Below, in pieces: positions 60,359 through 64,000 of a stretch of DNA of 64,000 nucleotides. The DNA lies in the IMG/VR virus record IMGVR_UViG_3300027994_000002, positions 1 to 64,000 of that record; one strand, written 5' to 3'. The stretch comes from a virus. A program made the position numbers and the translations under genes. The notes under the pieces are model-generated. The model worked only from the letters and a program-made list of their open reading frames with translations. It ran no database searches and was not told the DNA's origin. How positions within the stretch are numbered: position 1 is the first letter of the stretch; each line of letters begins with the position of its first letter.

Positions 60359-60858
60359 GCATCCGGTTCCATCACGACGGCTTATGCCCCGTTAAGAAAT
60401 CCTTCGCGGCTCAATCCATTGAGTGGATCGTAGGCGACCTTGGCTTGAAGAGGGACGTCACGTTTTGGTTGGACGGCCGAACCAACGGAATGAAAGCCGA
60501 CGGAACGCGCATGCCGGAGGACCAAAGAATCCACAAAGACCCAGGAGTTAATTGGGAGGATCACGACGGAACGGCCTGGGAAAACGGAATCATCTATATA
60601 CTAATAGAACCAGATCATGGGTTTCCCTATATTTGGTCCGTCAACCCAGCGTGTGGAGAAGGCTACGTCAATCATACAACGCTCATCGAAAACGCCGAAG
60701 AACTCTTTATCTACCTCGCTGCCCATGAACTCCGCCACCTCTGGCAATGGGAAAACAAGCGAGCCACCTCAACCCTCCTGCGCCTGATGAAGATGACAGA
60801 TGAGACCGATGCCGATCTCTATGCCATTCGCATGCTCAGTGCCTATAAATCCCAATGA
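60355..60858 (+). CDS. putative zinc metallopeptidase (HExxH)
   Basis: IYLAAHELRHLWQW is an HExxH motif in SprT/ImmA-like helix context, with a downstream acidic stretch ETDADLYA. Confidence 0.5.
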   Translation: MSIRFHHDGLCPVKKSFAAQSIEWIVGDLGLKRDVTFWLDGRTNGMKADGTRMPEDQRIHKDPGVNWEDHDGTAWENGIIYILIEPDHGFPYIWSVNPACGEGYVNHTTLIENAEELFIYLAAHELRHLWQWENKRATSTLLRLMKMTDETDADLYAIRMLSAYKSQ

Positions 60859-61145
60859 ACCAAGAACACATAGAGTCACTTGAAGAACTCGGAAACCACC
60901 CCTGGCCTGAAAACGAAGAGGACATGCCACCGCAAGATGAAGAAGGCGATGCCTGGAGGTTGCTTTGCGCCAATGGATATAAAGACATCGGCGGCATGAT
61001 ATGCCACGATGATCCAAATCACATCGAAACTCCAGAGGAATGTAAGGCCATCAACTATCTATGTAGTGAATGGGATTACGGTTTTCTTCCTTATGGAGAA
61101 ACTCTTGAAGAAAACAGAAAACGGTTATTCCCAAATGAAACCTAA
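60855..61145 (+). CDS. hypothetical acidic protein (96 aa)
   Basis: ATGA overlap. Confidence 0.45.
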   Translation: MNQEHIESLEELGNHPWPENEEDMPPQDEEGDAWRLLCANGYKDIGGMICHDDPNHIETPEECKAINYLCSEWDYGFLPYGETLEENRKRLFPNET

Positions 61146-61299
61146 GCGCACTTGCAAAGTGTGTTCCGCTGGACTTCCGGCGAGCCATCGAACAAACCCA
61201 AAGACAGTTACGTGTTCCGATGAATGCACGCGAGCTAATAAAAACGGCATCACTCGAGAAGAGCAAATCAAGCGCGACATGGAAAGCGTTGGTTGGTAA
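61135..61299 (+). CDS. small zinc-ribbon protein (54 aa)
   Basis: CKVC...CSDEC. Internal ATG of the 61009..61299 ORF. Confidence 0.4.
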   Translation: MKPKRTCKVCSAGLPASHRTNPKTVTCSDECTRANKNGITREEQIKRDMESVGW

Positions 61300-61303
61300 A
61301 ATT

Positions 61304-61492
61304 ATGAAACCTAAACACCTCATCCTCTTTCACGCCATCTTCTGCTTGGCTTGCCTCACTCTGATCGCGAGCCTACCCAAAAGCAGCCTGCAACCACGAC
61401 TACCGCAACTCGCCTCTATTAGGCTCACGATTCCATTCCCAGGCGACTTTACTTACCCCGGCCTTCGGGCCTATGAAATGGAGAAGAAATGA
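61304..61492 (+). CDS. small protein with N-terminal signal/TM segment (62 aa)
   Basis: N-terminus MKPKHLILFHAIFCLACLTLIASLP. Confidence 0.4.
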   Translation: MKPKHLILFHAIFCLACLTLIASLPKSSLQPRLPQLASIRLTIPFPGDFTYPGLRAYEMEKK

Positions 61493-61878
61493 GCGCGATG
61501 AATGAGGGGCTGGTTTGGGATTTGGATGGCGGCGATTGGTATTCGCGAGCCAATGGCTTTCGATACAATGTATCCAAGATTTACGAGGGCGATCCCGAAA
61601 ATCCTCACGAAAACGAAATCTGGCGGTACGTGATCCAGCCTGAATTCTCTGGGCTTTATCACTACTTCAATGAAGGTGGAAGTGATTTCATCTGCAAGGA
61701 AATTTGCCAGAGCCATCACGACACCGTGGAACTGGCCATCTCAAAGCATCGACAAGACGCGGAGAGGTTGGCTAATGTGCTTGAGCGCATCGACCGATCG
61801 TTTGCAAGAGTTCAAAGCGTGGCAATGGAACTGGAAATTGAAGAAGCCCTAGCCGCGCACAAGGAGGTGGCTAAGTGA
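61489..61878 (+). CDS. hypothetical protein (129 aa)
   Basis: ATGA overlap. Confidence 0.45.
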   Translation: MSAMNEGLVWDLDGGDWYSRANGFRYNVSKIYEGDPENPHENEIWRYVIQPEFSGLYHYFNEGGSDFICKEICQSHHDTVELAISKHRQDAERLANVLERIDRSFARVQSVAMELEIEEALAAHKEVAK

Positions 61879-61988
61879 ACTGGACTCCCGACAATATCAA
61901 CAACCTGATAGGGGTTTGCTGCGTCGTATCTCTTTCCATTATTGGAGGAACAGTCTTCCTGATTTACACATGGATGACGAAGAAATGA
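61875..61988 (+). CDS. small membrane peptide (37 aa)
   Basis: An AAGGAGG SD lies 7 nt upstream of a GTG in a GTGA overlap. TM segment LIGVCCVVSLSIIGGTVFLIY. Confidence 0.35.
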   Translation: MNWTPDNINNLIGVCCVVSLSIIGGTVFLIYTWMTKK

Positions 61989-62104
61989 AAACAAAACGTA
62001 TCATCCCTCAGCCCAAGAATGACTGGAAGCTCGACTTCAAGCCTGTCGAGAAGCGACCCTTTCCAACAACCGGAATGCGGATCAAGAAGGAGGAAGAGAA
62101 GTGA
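61985..62104 (+). CDS. possible basic peptide (39 aa)
   Basis: ATGA overlap upstream and GTGA overlap downstream. Confidence 0.3.
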   Translation: MKTKRIIPQPKNDWKLDFKPVEKRPFPTTGMRIKKEEEK

Positions 62105-62259
62105 CACGCTATTGTCCTCATTGCAACGCCGACCTACGTGGCGAGCCTATTCCTCAAGAATTGATCGACAAAGGTCATTACAACGCGGAAGACCCTTTCT
62201 ATTACCGAACCATCGGCATTTACTCCCAGGGCCGAGATCGAACCGTTGCCTGGCAATGA
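62101..62259 (+). CDS. possible small protein (52 aa) with CPHC motif
   Basis: Coupled at both ends by 4-nt overlaps. Confidence 0.3.
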   Translation: MTRYCPHCNADLRGEPIPQELIDKGHYNAEDPFYYRTIGIYSQGRDRTVAWQ

Positions 62260-62582
62260 CCCGATTGCGGCCATCAATGGGGCCGCGAATACAAGCCTTC
62301 CGCTGGATTTTACCGAACAACGCAATGAAGCTGCGCCACCTCCTCTACGCCTTCCGAGCCCTTTGCCGCAAGGCTTACCGGCTAGCCCTAAGAAAGCCGC
62401 TCCTGGTCAATCCCTGGGAGCAATCTGGGCGACTCAGTAAGTGCTCGCAATGCCCGCACTTTCACCGAGGTCGAGCAATAAATCCAATGGAAGATCGCTG
62501 CGGTATTTGCGGCTGCTTCCTTTCCCTGAAAACCATGTTCGTTGATGAAGTGTGTCCGGATAAAGAAAACCCCCAGTGGTAG
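62256..62582 (+). CDS. Cys-rich small protein (108 aa or shorter)
   Basis: CSQCPHF...CGICGC...CP. The start could instead be the MKL at 62325. Confidence 0.4.
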   Translation: MTRLRPSMGPRIQAFRWILPNNAMKLRHLLYAFRALCRKAYRLALRKPLLVNPWEQSGRLSKCSQCPHFHRGRAINPMEDRCGICGCFLSLKTMFVDEVCPDKENPQW

Positions 62583-62660
62583 CACAAGAGGCTTGCAAGT
62601 TCTGCGAGGGTAGCGCATAAGGGGTCTTTAAAGTCCAACCCTCCAACAGAAAGAACTTCC

Positions 62661-63059
62661 ATGTCCCAAATCGTCGCCCCCGTCCCCGCCGCTCCGCAGC
62701 TTTATGTCGCCCACCAAGTCCGCTTTATTGACGGTGCTCAGAACGGCCAAATCCATATGGTGGATGGCTCCATCCGCGTCTATGGCGTGACCACCGGCTC
62801 GCCCGCTATCACCTTTGTTCCAACCGCCGCCGGCAACGTGGTTCCGGGTGTTTCCGATTGGATTCTGGAACCCCGCTCCGCCCCGTTCGCCGCATCAGGG
62901 ACCAATCCCGGTAATCAGTCGCTCGCCCGACAGTTTGCGCTCGGCTCGGCCTATCCCGCGGGCGTCGGCCCGTTTGTTGTGCTGACGAATGCTCAGTACC
63001 TCGCGGCCTACAACAGCAATTACGCGGCCGGAACGCCTTCGCAGGGACTCGTTCCCTAA
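62661..63059 (+). CDS. hypothetical protein (132 aa), possibly structural
   Basis: ORF following a 78-nt gap. Ala/Gly/Pro-rich. Confidence 0.45.
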   Translation: MSQIVAPVPAAPQLYVAHQVRFIDGAQNGQIHMVDGSIRVYGVTTGSPAITFVPTAAGNVVPGVSDWILEPRSAPFAASGTNPGNQSLARQFALGSAYPAGVGPFVVLTNAQYLAAYNSNYAAGTPSQGLVP

Positions 63060-63060
63060 G

Positions 63061-63270
63061 GTGAACAGGCATCTCGTTAAACAGATTGCACAACCTCCGC
63101 ACGCTCAGTCGGCGGGGGTTGCTGCTCCTGTTGTTCCCTCCGTCAAGATCAATGCGTTGCCCAACACCAAGCATTGGCTCAATCAGAAAACCGCTAGTCA
63201 AGTCAAGCCGCATCGCTCGTTTCCAAAGCGAGGCCTACCCAATCACAAGCTGAAGCCTGGAGCAATTTAA
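63061..63270 (+). CDS. possible small basic protein (69 aa)
   Basis: GTG lies 1 nt after the previous stop. Lys/Pro/His-rich. Confidence 0.3.
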   Translation: MNRHLVKQIAQPPHAQSAGVAAPVVPSVKINALPNTKHWLNQKTASQVKPHRSFPKRGLPNHKLKPGAI

Positions 63271-64000
63271 ATGGCCGAAACCGCCTATCCAAACGACGCA
63301 GGCCCAATCGTCGACCCAAACACGTTAGAGTTCCGGCGGGCCATCACGTCGGTGGAAATGGGCTATTCGGTGATTAGTCGCTTGAAGCAAGACAGTTGGT
63401 ATCGCAATGAAAAACAGGCCGCGATCATGCGGAAGTACAACGACGAGCCGCCGTATCAGCAAAACAAACTGGACGCAGCCAATCAGGGGTGGCGCAGGAA
63501 CGCTTCCACGGGATTTCTATCCTCGATGATCAAGAGGATTCTACCCTCTTACAATCAGGTCGTCGATAAGGCCCAATACCTGACAGCCTCCCGCTTTCCA
63601 ACCAGCGACGTCCAGATTCCCGACGTTCAACAAAAGCAAACCGATTTCCAATTGGAGGTCACGAAAACCATTCGCTCGTGGAGCGGTTGGCAGGCCTTCA
63701 AATCCCAGGTCATTCTCGAAAACCTGCTCTTTGGCTTCTCTGGCGCGGGGTGGACGGATGAGATTACCTGGGAGCCCCGTTTTCTTCGGCAGGATGAAGC
63801 CTATTTTCCAGACGGCTGCGGCCAGGAAGCCAAGAAGGTCCCCTTGTGGTGCTTGGATCAGGCCTTCCAGATCCACGAGATGGCCGAATATCTGATCAAT
63901 CCCGAAGCTAGTGCGGCGGCAGGCTGGGACATCGACAACATTGTCATCGCGATCAATGATTCCAAGCCGGAGAATCGCCTGAGCGGCACCAACCCGGACG
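63271..64000 (+). CDS. large protein, 3' end outside window; possibly the portal protein
   Basis: ATG 63271 immediately follows the previous stop. I translated the frame by hand to nt 64000 and found no stop. The ORF track does not list it because it does not terminate in the window. The portal call is only positional. Confidence 0.55.
   Translation, partial: MAETAYPNDAGPIVDPNTLEFRRAITSVEMGYSVISRLKQDSWYRNEKQAAIMRKYNDEPPYQQNKLDAANQGWRRNASTGFLSSMIKRILPSYNQVVDKAQYLTASRFPTSDVQIPDVQQKQTDFQLEVTKTIRSWSGWQAFKSQVILENLLFGFSGAGWTDEITWEPRFLRQDEAYFPDGCGQEAKKVPLWCLDQAFQIHEMAEYLINPEASAAAGWDIDNIVIAINDSKPENRLSGTNPD

Overview
The window is a dense, almost gap-free stretch of a tailed dsDNA phage or prophage genome. 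I count about 105 protein genes. All but three are on the + strand, and many are chained by 1-4 nt ATGA/GTGA/TAATG start-stop overlaps. Modules as read by eye: (i) 1-6.7 kb is a sugar/glycosyltransferase accessory block (GDP-fucose synthase, at least three GT-like proteins, a P-loop kinase) interspersed with GIY-YIG and HNH endonuclease genes. (ii) 7-32.5 kb is the late block: putative capsid protein, a 704-aa fibre, a collagen-like protein, a lysis cassette, a 1237-aa repeat protein, further virion proteins, Q-rich internal proteins and a 2501-aa multi-enzyme 'polyvalent' protein. (iii) 32.5-36.3 kb is a divergent promoter switch followed by replication genes (HNH, initiator, DnaB). (iv) 36.3-38.8 kb holds the terminase genes on the - strand. 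(v) 38.9-46.6 kb is a candidate DNA-hypermodification cluster (MazG-like, ParB-like, TET/JBP dioxygenase, GT-A, APH-type kinase, nucleotidyltransferase), followed by an AAA+ ATPase with partner and an AT-hook protein. (vi) 46.6-51.5 kb is a recombination block (ERF, Cas4-like nuclease, HNH, RusA). (vii) 51.5-62.6 kb carries about 40 small genes of unknown function. (viii) 62.7-64.0 kb begins another morphogenesis block with a possible portal gene that runs off the window. A roughly 40-bp promoter cassette recurs 12-13 times, and in most copies the ATG lies 6-8 nt after the -10 box, implying leaderless mRNAs. I found no tRNA, rRNA, CRISPR array, integrase or C5-methyltransferase. All functional calls come from reading motifs in the translations; no database search or structure prediction was run, so family assignments are hypotheses with the stated confidence.
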